The notes under the pieces were generated by a model. It did not search any database. It had not been told where the DNA came from and saw only the letters and a program-made list of their open reading frames with translations. 64,000 nt of DNA, from positions 26,323 to 90,322 of the IMG/VR virus record IMGVR_UViG_3300032282_002699. One strand, written 5' to 3'. Made by a program: the position numbers and the translations under genes. Positions 49,047 to 59,564 of this stretch are shown one piece after another (position 1 is the stretch's first letter; each line of letters begins with the position of its first letter). The stretch is from a virus.

Positions 49047-49796
49047 ATACGATAGTTGCGTCTATTTAAGTAGTGATGAGGTTGTAGACTGGGGTAGGGT
49101 GTTTGGGTCGATGAAGCTCGGAGCCCACACCGTAGCAATTTGCCCGGTATTGGAACATCACCGCATAACACAGAAGGTCGAGGATGCAGGGTTTGAAATC
49201 AGAGACTGTGTATTGTCTCTAGGCAACCCTTGCTACATGGTTACATTGGGGAGAGTCCCTATAAAGGGAACAGTAGCGCAAAATGTGCTAAAGCACGGTG
49301 TCGGGGCATTGAACATTGACGAGTGTAGGATTGTAGCCACAGAGGACTTATCCCAGATTAAAGCGTTTGGCTCTATGCCTGAGAATAAGACAAATGACAA
49401 AGGTTTTACAGGCCTTGGATGGAAGACCGGCAGTCCATTTTAGATAAACAGAACGCTGCGATTGAGCGGATGAAGTCTATGGGTAGGTGGCCCGCCAATA
49501 CTATCCTTTCTAGTTGCGCTGGAGTTGTGGAGGGATTCCCAGACACAGGCATCAGTAGAGGTGGAAATTCTCTTCAAATAAACTCGGGGTCAGGGAAGTA
49601 TAACTGGAACGCAGGCGATAAAAGGGACAGCCCAAACAAAGTTGACCCAGGGTACGGTAATTCAGGCAGTGCAGCCCGTTACTTCTATAACATCACCGAA
49701 GACAACAAGTTGCAAGGTTTGGTCGCATACCTACACAAGCTCATCACTCCACCAGGTGGAACCACCCTCTTCATCCCCGACCCCTTCCCCCAATGA
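49039..49796 (+). pseudogene. Inactive MTase paralogue 3, split by a -1 frameshift
   Basis: ORFs 49039-49443 and 49419-49796 join if one T is added to the T4 run at 49404-49407 (...KGFYRPWMEDR...). Confidence 0.7.
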
Positions 49797-50036
49797 GCAT
49801 CTTTACAGTGTATGTGATGGGGGCATTACTAACCACATACCTGCCCTTTGTCATCTTGCCCGAAGAAGAACGGATCTACGATCCAGTCATCTATGCCCTT
49901 TTTGGGTTGCTGTGGCCATTCACCATACCTTGTACTGTCCTGCTAATACTATTCCCCAACCTTTAAGTAATAGGTTATCACCATACCCGTAAAGGATTAC
50001 TTTACCCCCCAAACCCAAACAATCACCACACAGAAA

Positions 50037-51572
50037 ATGGAAATGGAAACAGCGACTATGAATAACCAAACCTCGGTCTTAATGCTTGGGAACTGCCTAG
50101 ACCGCCTCAAGGAAATGGACGACAATAGCATTGATGCTATCTGTACTGACCCGCCATACGGGTTCGGTGGGGGTAAGACGACTGGATTTATGGGTAAAGA
50201 GTGGGATCGTGATGTCCCTTCTGTTGCAATTTGGCAGGAGTGTCTCAGAGTGCTGAAACCCGGTGGAAGCTTGCTGGCTTTCGCAGGCACTCGCACTCAG
50301 CATCGCATGGCTATCAACATTGAAGATGCGGGCTTTGTCCTAAAGGACATTGTATCTTGGGTGTACGGTTGCCTAAGCGAAGATACCCTTGCAATAACCC
50401 CTGAAGGCCCCAAATCCTACAAAGACCTCAAGGTCGGGGATGCTGTTATGGGGTACAACATTGAGACGTGGTTGGCCCAGAAAGTAGAAATTCAGGAGAT
50501 TGTGGAATATGATTATGATGAAGATGCCTATTTGATTGAAGGCATTGACGGCACTCAGCTCGTATCCAGAAATCACAGAGTTATTTGCCTCAGGAATGAT
50601 AAACTGTCGTATGTAATGGCTGAGTTTCTCAATGAGGAGGAAAAGATTCCCTTTTATGCTTCAGAGGGATTACAAGTTATACAGGATGTTAAAATAAGTA
50701 GGGTTCCGTATAAGGGTAAGGTGTGGTGTCTCAGGGTGCCGACTGGGGCCTTTGTTGCTATACGGGGTGGGGTTGCCTTCCCCACTGGAAATAGTGGGTT
50801 CCCTAAGTCTCTCAATGTTTCTAAGGCTATTGATAAAATGAAAGGGGCTGAGAGGAAGGTGATAGGGATGAAGCCTGGGACTTATGCAGACGTACGAGGA
50901 GCTAATGGTGTAGATGCTCAGAATAGTAGTGAAAAGCCCAGGTTGCAAATCCCTATCACAGAAGCCGGTTCAGATGAAGCTAAGAGGTGGGAGGGGTTTG
51001 GCACTGCCTTGAAACCGAGCCATGAGCCAATCACCTGGGCGATTAAACCGCCCCTGACCCCCTCAGAAACGGAAACTGATGGGATGCCCGTATTTAAGTA
51101 TTGCGCAAAAGCTGCCAAGAAAGACCGTAATTCAGGGTTATCTAACTACGTTGTTTTCCGTTTCCCAGTTGCCAATTTGCCAGCCAACCTTAGTGAGCTA
51201 AACAATCTGACCGAGGACGATAACGCAAGGTGGGTTATTGACGACAAAAAGGAAAATGTCATGGTTATCTGCCCTAAAGACAACCTTGATTCACTTCTGG
51301 GTAACTTGGGTGATGGAACTAAGCCGGGGGGAATTGACGATCTGACAAAATGGGAACCTTTGACCAACCAACATGCTACGGTCAAACCCATCGAACTAAT
51401 GCGGTGGTTATGCAAACTTGCCACTCCCGAAGGTGGAACAATTTTGGACCCATTCATGGGAAGTGGCTCCACTGGTGCTGCTGCTTTGCAAGAAGGGTTC
51501 AGTTTTATTGGCATCGAGATGGAGCCATCATACCTGGAGATTGCCAAGTTGCGCATTTCCCCCTTGGGCTAG
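50037..51572 (+). CDS. Beta-class N4/N6 DNA methyltransferase containing a mini-intein
   Basis: TDPPY, RVLKPGG, YG|SGFPKS, GTALKP, HATVKP, DPFMGSGSTG. Confidence 0.9.
   Translation: MEMETATMNNQTSVLMLGNCLDRLKEMDDNSIDAICTDPPYGFGGGKTTGFMGKEWDRDVPSVAIWQECLRVLKPGGSLLAFAGTRTQHRMAINIEDAGFVLKDIVSWVYGCLSEDTLAITPEGPKSYKDLKVGDAVMGYNIETWLAQKVEIQEIVEYDYDEDAYLIEGIDGTQLVSRNHRVICLRNDKLSYVMAEFLNEEEKIPFYASEGLQVIQDVKISRVPYKGKVWCLRVPTGAFVAIRGGVAFPTGNSGFPKSLNVSKAIDKMKGAERKVIGMKPGTYADVRGANGVDAQNSSEKPRLQIPITEAGSDEAKRWEGFGTALKPSHEPITWAIKPPLTPSETETDGMPVFKYCAKAAKKDRNSGLSNYVVFRFPVANLPANLSELNNLTEDDNARWVIDDKKENVMVICPKDNLDSLLGNLGDGTKPGGIDDLTKWEPLTNQHATVKPIELMRWLCKLATPEGGTILDPFMGSGSTGAAALQEGFSFIGIEMEPSYLEIAKLRISPLG
50370..50792 (+). 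mobile_element. Mini-intein (141 aa, no endonuclease)
   Basis: Starts CLSEDT, block B VSRNHRV, block F/G YKGKVWCLRVPTGAFVA...TGN followed by Ser; excision restores WVYG-SGFPKS. Confidence 0.88.
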
Positions 51573-51986
51573 TGAGTTACAGTACCCAAGATGGGTATAA
51601 AGCGAGTTACCACCCTAACCTACAATGAAAATGGGAACCATCACTAAAAATCAACGCCAAGCCACTATCCGCCAACAGGTAAATGTTGGACCTAAGATTA
51701 GCCAAGTCTCACCCCTCTCATACTGGATCGGTCAAACCATCCTGACACCTGAAGGGGTACTAGGGGCCTTTGAGCTTTCCTATCAGCAATGCCTGGACGG
51801 CATGGGTGAGTCCCTTGAACAATGGACAGGACTAACAAGCGATCAAATCAGACTCCTCATCGATCCTGAGACAAGGTACGAAACGGCGGCGGAACTCGTT
51901 GCGGCCAAGCTGATCCATGCTCGTTGACCAGCTCTGGTTTACGAACTTGTTTTGTGGGTACCCTGCCACTGCCCCGCATACTATGC

Positions 51987-52035
51987 TATAATATAGGAGT
52001 CAGCGGGCGAGGCCCGCACCGCCTTGAGACCGATG
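51987..52035 (+). promoter_or_regulatory. Promoter-hairpin leader element copy 11
   Basis: TATAAT ATAGGAGTCA GCGGGC-GAG-GCCCGC ACCGC ... ATG 52033. Confidence 0.85.
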
Positions 52036-52284
52036 ACTGCCGTTGCCGAGACCTACACTGTCGTCTGCACCTCCTGGGAAGACATGGAGCACCTTCCCCC
52101 GGACATGATCACTGCCTACAGCGTTCGCTTTGGGGAGGGGTTCAAGACCCGTGAGGAAGCGGATGCGTTCGCCAATCGCCTGAACAACCGGGATGGTAAC
52201 CAGGAGTGGCACCACTATTCCCTCACTGCTACGGAAGCAAAATCTGTCTTTGCCGAAAGCGGCACCTTTCAACTCCAGTCCTGA
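52033..52284 (+). CDS. hypothetical protein
   Basis: Follows leader copy 11. Confidence 0.6.
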   Translation: MTAVAETYTVVCTSWEDMEHLPPDMITAYSVRFGEGFKTREEADAFANRLNNRDGNQEWHHYSLTATEAKSVFAESGTFQLQS

Positions 52285-52586
52285 GGATCTACCAATGACC
52301 ATCACCACCGTAACAATCGAAAAGCTCTGCCTGCAAGAGGAGAGTTACTTTGAGGGGCAAAGGCAAGGGCGGTTGGCCTTGATTGAGGCCGCCATGGATA
52401 GCAGGAATTACGACTTTCTGGACAAGGAGTTTGCCTTTATTGGGGCCGAACCAATCCCCACCAACGATCGCCCCCAACTCTGGTGTGAAACCTGCAAGTT
52501 TCACCAGCTACGCCTTTCCGGCTTCAACCTGGAGGAGGCCCTGGAGCGGATGGTTGGTGTGGCCCACGCTTAATGCTGGGCTGTGC

Positions 52587-52637
52587 TATAATATGTAGGT
52601 CAGCGGGCGATGTCCGCATTATCCCCCCGGAAAAATG
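52587..52637 (+). promoter_or_regulatory. Promoter-hairpin leader element copy 12
   Basis: TATAAT ATGTAGGTCA GCGGGC-GAT-GTCCGC ... ATG. Confidence 0.8.
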
Positions 52638-52835
52638 AACGAGACAATCGCCCGAATCCTTAACATCACCACTGACCGTGCCCGTCTGGTTGAGGGGTAC
52701 CTCCGACTCACCTATCGATCCCTGGGCAGCCTGAGCGCCGAACAGATCGAGGATGAGTACCGCAATGGCATCAGTAACGTTATTGATGCTGACCCGGCCA
52801 TGGCAAACTTCATCGCTGGATCCTACGGACTCTGA
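52635..52835 (+). CDS. hypothetical protein
   Basis: Follows leader copy 12. Confidence 0.6.
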   Translation: MNETIARILNITTDRARLVEGYLRLTYRSLGSLSAEQIEDEYRNGISNVIDADPAMANFIAGSYGL

Positions 52836-53463
52836 CGCATGGTGCTAACAAGGAGACTAAGGAAGCTTGACCACCTTAGACGTGGAATCCGCATTATGCG
52901 GAAACAGCAAGGGGATAAGGAAGTATTCATAATAAGGTCGTATCAAAGCCTCCCTGGTTTATACAATCTTGAGACCAATCTATTCGAGTCTTTAGATGAC
53001 GCTAAGTTATCCTTGTTAGACTTCAGGAAGACCCTAAAAGGCGGTTGCCCCAAGCTAAGGCAAAAGACTCGCTACGAAGTTAGCTGGTTGCCCCCCGATA
53101 CTAAGGTACGGCAACACAGGCACTTCTTCAGGATGAAGGCCGTCAGGAAGTTTGTAAAGTTCATTCACCTGAACGACCTGTCTATGGAGCCCGTGGATGT
53201 GGAGATGGTACGGTGTTACAGGGACAATGCCATTTCTCACAAAGTGTGGTGGTTTTCCGATTCCAATGGAAACTTGGTAAAGTTAGGTCAATGCTGAGAG
53301 AGCTTAAGGATTTTTTAGGAATTGAGACGTTGCCCTCATCTCACCCCCCTGTATGATAAGGTGAACCCCACCAATGGGTCAATGTGTCGCCTTTGTAGTC
53401 CCGACCCCGCAGAGCGCAGGCAAGAATGGGTCTGACCTTTAATCACGAAACAACAAGATAAAA

Positions 53464-54690
53464 ATGACGGACAACAAAGAATGGGTAGACCTGAGGAACC
53501 ACCTCTCTCAAAGTCTTAATCTGCACAGGGCAGGAATTCATGGTCACTCTGAGGTTGACGATGACTACTTCACTGCACTGAGGTATGTGGTCGGTAAGAT
53601 GGATGAGACCCTAGCTATTATCAACCAGGGAAACTGGCCCACTGACTCAGACATCATTGAGCTTTATGACCGTCACTGTGATGCACAGCTAGACGACCCC
53701 CACCCTTGTGAAATGAGTGAGGATAGTTTCAAGGAAGCTATCTATGAAGCCCTGTCAAGGTGGGGGTCCAACAAGGATAATCGACCTGAAGTTGCTGAGG
53801 AGGCGGCCAAGGACGTGTCTCAGGTGAGCGACGGCTACCATACTTTTGAGGAGTTGTATGAGCACCGCCATGCCCTATGCCTGGCATTTATGAAGGCAAT
53901 GCCTCAGCGATGGTGGTTCAGTAAGCGCCACTCCGATGGAGAACTCTGTTTCGGTGACGGTGAATGGTTCATCGTCGGGGCAGAGCTACCGGGTATGGGA
54001 AAGCACGGCTCAATAACATACCATTTGCCCATCCGTCTGTGGAATGTTGCGAAGGAGACAGGGGCATCTGAGCTTGTTAAAGGTAGGCCGTGGGATGGAC
54101 ACACTGCTGACGAGGTAGTGTCACGTCTGGTTAAATGGGCATCTGTTGAGGCTCCTGTGGGAAAGGGTCCCACTGATGACCAGATAAGGGCAACGATCCT
54201 GGACTCACTTAACTCATTCCCACCGAATCACCCCGACGCTAAAAAACTCTCCGCCACTGACTATGAGCGGGAGTTGGAAATGGTTAAGGCACGGGCTATC
54301 CTTTCCCGGTGGGGTCACATCACGCCCCAACCCCTTAGCTGGGTGTCGGAAGATGAGCTTGCCAAGGTTATTTACGAGGAGGCAATGAGGGGATGTTCTA
54401 ATCAACTGAACTGGCCCAAATGGGAGGACTTGCCGGTGTCGCTAGCTAGGGATTGCGCATTCGATGCTGCCCGATCTGTCATGACCCTCTTTGGTAAGTC
54501 GCCCTCATTGCATCAGTCTAAGGGGAGTTTGATAAAGGAGGTGAACATAGCCATGAACACAGCTCCTTGGGTTGATGGCCCCAGTGCCGCTATCAAAGCT
54601 ATGGCACGGTGGTTAAGGGAAGAGTCTCAGGGTCACTTGGGCAATGGTGAATACTGGGCAAATCGCATGGAGTCGGAGGCACAACGATGA
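53464..54690 (+). CDS. Mosaic protein with WDGH-type domain
   Basis: SDGYHTFEELYEHR...ITYHLP...WDGHTADEVVSRL, flanked by PTD...LSRWG modules. Confidence 0.65.
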   Translation: MTDNKEWVDLRNHLSQSLNLHRAGIHGHSEVDDDYFTALRYVVGKMDETLAIINQGNWPTDSDIIELYDRHCDAQLDDPHPCEMSEDSFKEAIYEALSRWGSNKDNRPEVAEEAAKDVSQVSDGYHTFEELYEHRHALCLAFMKAMPQRWWFSKRHSDGELCFGDGEWFIVGAELPGMGKHGSITYHLPIRLWNVAKETGASELVKGRPWDGHTADEVVSRLVKWASVEAPVGKGPTDDQIRATILDSLNSFPPNHPDAKKLSATDYERELEMVKARAILSRWGHITPQPLSWVSEDELAKVIYEEAMRGCSNQLNWPKWEDLPVSLARDCAFDAARSVMTLFGKSPSLHQSKGSLIKEVNIAMNTAPWVDGPSAAIKAMARWLREESQGHLGNGEYWANRMESEAQR

Positions 54691-55754
54691 ACAACCCCCA
54701 AGACCTGGCAATGTGTGCCTATGCGGGAGATAGCGTAGCGTCACCGCAGAAGGTTTTCGATGCTCTAGTCAACCTTGAGAACCGTCTTAGTGGTCGTATC
54801 GAGGAACTGGAGAAGGCGGTTAGGGATTTGCAGGGTAGGGTATCCGTGGGATCAGATACAGTGTATTTGAGTGGAAGTCACCCGGATCGAATCCACTTCC
54901 ATACCAATGTAGAGTTGGGTAAGGTAAACCATTTTGCTAACGTTAGCAAAAAGGTTGCTCCGGGAACTTTGGTGGATACCCTGATAAAGGTGGAGGAAAA
55001 GGTCAACCCCTACAGGTGGGGGTCGGAGTATGATCGAATCCGCCTCTATTTATCTGCTATTGCCGACTGGATAGAGAGTCAGAATAACGTGGGGATATGC
55101 GATGCCATGGATGCTGTCGAGTGGCTAAGGGAGGAGATTGACCGTGGCTAAGTCCCCCAAGAGAAAACGGAAGACATTTAAGATACTTGAGGTTGACGAA
55201 AACTCCTTCAGCAACATTTTCGACTACCTTCTTGAAGTTGACCGCCTGAAGAGGCAATACGATGAGGTACACGTTATCTGGAGAAGGGTGGAGTAATGGA
55301 CGTAACTAACCGGAATCTGGCCCAGACCTTGAGGATGATGGCATGGGAAAGGGCTAAGGGGGAGCTTAAATCGGTTCTCCACACTTACTGGCCTTCGTAC
55401 TACCTTGATGGCAGTAAGCTTGATGAAGGCTTTGACAAGGTGAATGAAAAGATTGAACAGTTTGTTCAAGACGTGGAGGACTTGATTGTATGAAGGAAAT
55501 GTCACCGATCACCAGGGAAATTGTCAAGGCATTTGAGGATCGCTATGAGCTTTGTGGCCCGTTTGATGGGAACTGGGTTGAACTATGCCTCTCTGCGACA
55601 TTTCAAGTCCTTGCGGATCGTGTTACTCCGAAATCTCCATTTCCGGCTATGGGGGAGGACCCGTGGTTAAACCTTTCCAACCTCTCTACATACATACCTA
55701 AACAAGAACTTCGCCTCACCCTTTTGGGCATGGTTGAAGAACTGGAGAACTCTG

Positions 55755-56336
55755 ATGGCTGACCTTTCCCCTGCCCCCCAAGCTGTCCTGGCTGCTGCTT
55801 TACAGGAGTTGGAACAATCTGACTGCACCGGTATTCACCGTGTCATTGCCGCTGCTTTACGGGAGTTGGCAGAGCTTGACGGGATCCGACATCGGGCAGA
55901 CTTCATTGGCCCCATGACAAGAGCCCAATCTAGATCATACCGTTTCATTAAGTCTATTGCGGATGAGTTAGAAAACCATGTTTCTGAAAAAGTGAGCAAT
56001 GATGGGAAATGGCTTCCTATGGAGTCGGCTCCTACGGACGGGACTAAGATCCTTGCTATTTGTAAGCATGATGACCTTTGTTATTGTGAGGGTGACCCTG
56101 GGTTGACTCCTTACGGGCTATGGTGCGAAAGTGAGGGGCATGTGGAAGATGGCCCCTGCGTTATAGCTTGACAAGAGGGGTACACTGAAGATGAGAGTGG
56201 GGAAGGGTGGGGGCCTTGGACAACAATGCCAGGGTGGTGGTTTGAGACCACCAACTGTGATCCCCCTATCCCCGCTAATCCGATCGGGTGGTTGCCCATC
56301 CCTCCCTTCCCTGTAGATCAATCCCCCGAGAAATGA
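55755..56336 (+). pseudogene. DUF551-like protein interrupted by an in-frame TGA at 56169-56171
   Basis: WLPMESAPTDGT..IL...CVIA*QEGY...ANPIGWLPIP; the frame continues to a stop overlapping the next ATG. Confidence 0.6.
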
Positions 56337-56791
56337 CTACTCCATTAGGCTTGATTGAAAGACTGACCAAGGCTTTGAGGATTCAGGTTGATGACCATGG
56401 CATCGAAACCTCACTCCTGAGGGAAGCAATTTCCTTCATTGCCTTATGCCATAGCTCGGAGGAATACCCCACAGATGGGGAGTTATTCGATCTGGCGAGA
56501 CGTCATGCTGGGGAACACGGGTGGCTTTGCAAATCGGATGCTGTAGATTTTGCCCGCAATGTTCTCCAAAACTGGGGATACATTCAAGTTGATCCCATTC
56601 CCCTAGAGGAATGTCAACCTACGGAGGACGATTGTGACGATGGGGGAATGTGTTGGTTCTACCAGGTTGGCTTGAGCGGTGTTGGGGATTGGGTTAAGCA
56701 GAGGCTGGCGACCCCCTTAAGCTACAAGACCTATAACTTCACCCACTGGTTGCCCTACTGGGCTCTCCCTACCCCTATAATGGAAACATGA
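56333..56791 (+). CDS. hypothetical protein (PT..DCD..G.CW...HWLP family)
   Basis: C-terminus paralogous with the ORFs at 57259, 58526 and 59334. Confidence 0.65.
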   Translation: MTTPLGLIERLTKALRIQVDDHGIETSLLREAISFIALCHSSEEYPTDGELFDLARRHAGEHGWLCKSDAVDFARNVLQNWGYIQVDPIPLEECQPTEDDCDDGGMCWFYQVGLSGVGDWVKQRLATPLSYKTYNFTHWLPYWALPTPIMET

Positions 56792-57083
56792 ACATTCCCT
56801 ACGAACTAATCCAACAACTTGTCAATGAGCTGCAGGGGTATAGGGTAGCTCACCCTGAGCATGACATGCCTGCCCTTGACGCTGCTAAGGATTTCCTTTC
56901 TTCTCACTCTGAACCTAAAGGTGACTTAGAGAAAGCTGCTAAGAGAGTGGGGCATTTCCTATCAGAGTATAGGAGGATCAAGGGACTTGACCCTGATCTC
57001 ATCCACTCTCTAAATACGGGGGATGAGGTAAGAGAAGCACATCTAACTGTCGCTGATTTGTACACCCTTGTTTCTGCATTTTC

Positions 57084-57257
57084 ATGAGTAAGGTCGAACA
57101 TTCGACTAAGCACAGGTTATGGCAGTGTCCTGAGTGCCATTACATTGTGTCCGACCTGGAAAAGAGAAGTTTCAGGTTTTCTGACTTCCCCTGCCCCCGC
57201 TGCGGACGTAGCACCGAGTGTTATGTGCCCAGAACATCCCTTTCCGACTGCACCTAA
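57084..57257 (+). CDS. small zinc-ribbon protein (57 aa)
   Basis: Hand-translated WQCPEC...FPCPRCG; ATGA coupling. Confidence 0.55.
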   Translation: MSKVEHSTKHRLWQCPECHYIVSDLEKRSFRFSDFPCPRCGRSTECYVPRTSLSDCT

Positions 57258-57258
57258 C

Positions 57259-57600
57259 ATGGACGATATGGATTATTTCGGACCGGCAATAGAAAGGGAA
57301 TCACGAAGAGAGGTAGATACGGGGAAGATCGCCCGTCATTACTATGCCAAGGGTTTGGAAGACTCCTGTCGAAACTTTAAGGATTTATGGGAGACTGCAC
57401 CCCCTCCCCTTATCCTTTACAAGCCTCCCGCCCCCATTCCCGTGAGTGAACGCCAGCCTACGGAGGCTGAATGTGACAGTTTAGGGAGGTGCTGGGTTTG
57501 GTGCGGAGATGCGAAGACATGGGAGTTTCGATTCCTAAACCCTCAGATGGCGCATGGCACCCACTGGTTGCCTCACTGGGCCTTGCCGTATCCTGCCTAG
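57259..57600 (+). CDS. hypothetical protein (HWLP family)
   Basis: PIPVSERQPTEAECDSLGRCW...THWLPHWALP. Confidence 0.65.
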   Translation: MDDMDYFGPAIERESRREVDTGKIARHYYAKGLEDSCRNFKDLWETAPPPLILYKPPAPIPVSERQPTEAECDSLGRCWVWCGDAKTWEFRFLNPQMAHGTHWLPHWALPYPA

Positions 57601-57640
57601 GTGTGCTATGGTGGTCAAACCCAAGATACCCTCTTGCATA

Positions 57641-58252
57641 ATGGTACAAGAATACCCTGTTCAACCGCCAAAAGACATGGTATCGAAGTGGACTACCGCC
57701 TTTGAGACTGGTAATGCTAGCCCAAGGCAGATTGCCCACGCTATGTATAAGGCTGGGGCTGATGCTCAACTGGGGAAATGTGGGGAATGGGTGAAGTGGT
57801 TTGTTCACCCTGAGTCTGACTGGGTTGGTAAGTTTTATGAGACCATGCGTCCAAGGTACGAGGCAGAGCCTGACTACCCCGAACAACAAAACTCCCTGCT
57901 CAATGTATTGAATCAACTCACTAGCCAAGTGACCAATGCAACTTCACTGGAACTAAAGGTTGACGCTCTCTATACTTCTGTGAAGTCCACCCTCCGCATC
58001 CTATCTAATGTCGAAAGCTGCTCACCTTCCCTGAACAAACCTGAGGAGGATCCCTGTATGAATCAAGGCTCGGAGTCTCTGGTGAAAGTTGTAGAGGAAG
58101 CGATTGCTCGTGCTCCCTACTCCCTTGAGAAAAATGAGGCTTATGCAGCCTGTGCAGCTATTTCAGCAGTGGCTGATTGGCTCCAAAAGAGAAACCCTGC
58201 AGCGATCGGCTGGTGTGACATGATTCGGGAGGAGGTGGGGCGCCATGGCTAA
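57641..58252 (+). CDS. mosaic hypothetical protein
   Basis: ADAQL..C module plus SLV..V...AAISAVADWL module. Confidence 0.6.
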   Translation: MVQEYPVQPPKDMVSKWTTAFETGNASPRQIAHAMYKAGADAQLGKCGEWVKWFVHPESDWVGKFYETMRPRYEAEPDYPEQQNSLLNVLNQLTSQVTNATSLELKVDALYTSVKSTLRILSNVESCSPSLNKPEEDPCMNQGSESLVKVVEEAIARAPYSLEKNEAYAACAAISAVADWLQKRNPAAIGWCDMIREEVGRHG

Positions 58253-58525
58253 CATTTCAGAATCTTTGGTTGAGGAACTGACGGTGGTTCTGGGGGAATA
58301 CGATATGACTCTTCCGACTGGCCCTGAGGCAGCGGCCAAAGCCACCATCAAAACCCTGACAAAATGGTTAGAAAGCCGTAATCCGTTTGATTGGCAGGAG
58401 TCTGCCGAGCAGGCAGGGTTCGACGAGGCTATCGGGATGCTGGAGAGGGAAGTCTTAGGAAATGCACAAACCTTGCACCATCCACCTAAACCTGATACAA
58501 TAGGGGGGTAATAGAGAGAGTAGCC

Positions 58526-59002
58526 ATGGAACCCGATACAGAATCCGTGCTTGAGCTGGCCGCCATCATCCGTGAGGTTGACGGTTCCCACACATTGGGG
58601 GCCGCTGCCCTCGCTGAGGCGATCCTTGCCCACCCTCGCAGCCGATGGCTCCCTGACCCCGAGCCTACGAATGAGGGTGACCTGGATGGGTTGGCCCACG
58701 AGGTCTGGGCACTAGCTCAGTTAGCCCCCGGTGAAGGCATTGAGGACGGGGTTGACCGGGTTATCGATGCTCTGAAAGGACTTGCCCTCTGGGGGAGCCC
58801 TACCCCTGTCCTGCTGTCAGACCGAGAGCCAACCCCACAAGAATGTGACAATGAGGGGAGATGCTGGTGGTTTCACCCTGCTGAACGTGGATCTTCCCAC
58901 CCCCTGATCTCTAAGGACTGGTGGGTTCTCAGTAGTTACAAGGGTGGTGAGCTATGGTTGCCCTATTGGGCTTTCCCCTCACCCCTAATCCAACCAACCT
59001 GA
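58526..59002 (+). CDS. hypothetical protein (WLP family)
   Basis: LAAIIREVDGSHTLGAAALAEAIL module plus PT..ECD..GRCWW...WLPYWA. Confidence 0.65.
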   Translation: MEPDTESVLELAAIIREVDGSHTLGAAALAEAILAHPRSRWLPDPEPTNEGDLDGLAHEVWALAQLAPGEGIEDGVDRVIDALKGLALWGSPTPVLLSDREPTPQECDNEGRCWWFHPAERGSSHPLISKDWWVLSSYKGGELWLPYWAFPSPLIQPT

Positions 59003-59333
59003 AGATCATGCCTGATGTAAAAAACTGTAGAAACTGTGCTCATTGTCAATTAGACCCCGTTTTGGGGGCAATTGGTGACTACTGCATTCTTTGCGGCTCT
59101 ACTTGTAGAGATTCAAGGAGGTACCCTGGTCCCCCTTGCGATGTTAACTTGAGCGGATGGGTACCTAGGACGTTAGGGCAAGTTATTTGGGATCGTAGAT
59201 ACCTTGTGGCATCTCTTTCTCTTCTCACCATTGTTTTGGTGCTGTGCTATCGTTCTTCACCATTAAGTTCACAGTAGAAAGGATCCTTAGGCTGCTCGGC
59301 TTTAGAGACATTAGCGATATTTGGTATTGACGA

Positions 59334-59564
59334 ATGGAGCCTATTCCCGTTACAGAGTGCCTTCCTAAGTTCGAGAATTCCTCGGGCTATCCAGAAGAGG
59401 TCGTATGGTGGTGGCGTGTTGAAAAAGGTGATGAAGATTTCGGGATCTGGGAGCTTCTTGTCTGGGATCACTGCGTTACAGAGTACAATAAGCTAGACTC
59501 CATATACTTCTATACTCATTGGCTCCCTTACTCAGCCATCCCCCAACCGAAATTGCCAGGCTGA
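59334..59564 (+). CDS. DUF551-like small protein
   Basis: PIPVTECLP...THWLPYSAIP. Confidence 0.6.
   Translation: MEPIPVTECLPKFENSSGYPEEVVWWWRVEKGDEDFGIWELLVWDHCVTEYNKLDSIYFYTHWLPYSAIPQPKLPG

Noticed and set aside
55755-56336. Genome-wide TGA recoding
   Set aside because: Many genes end in TGA with ATGA overlaps to the next gene, and only one in-frame TGA case was seen.
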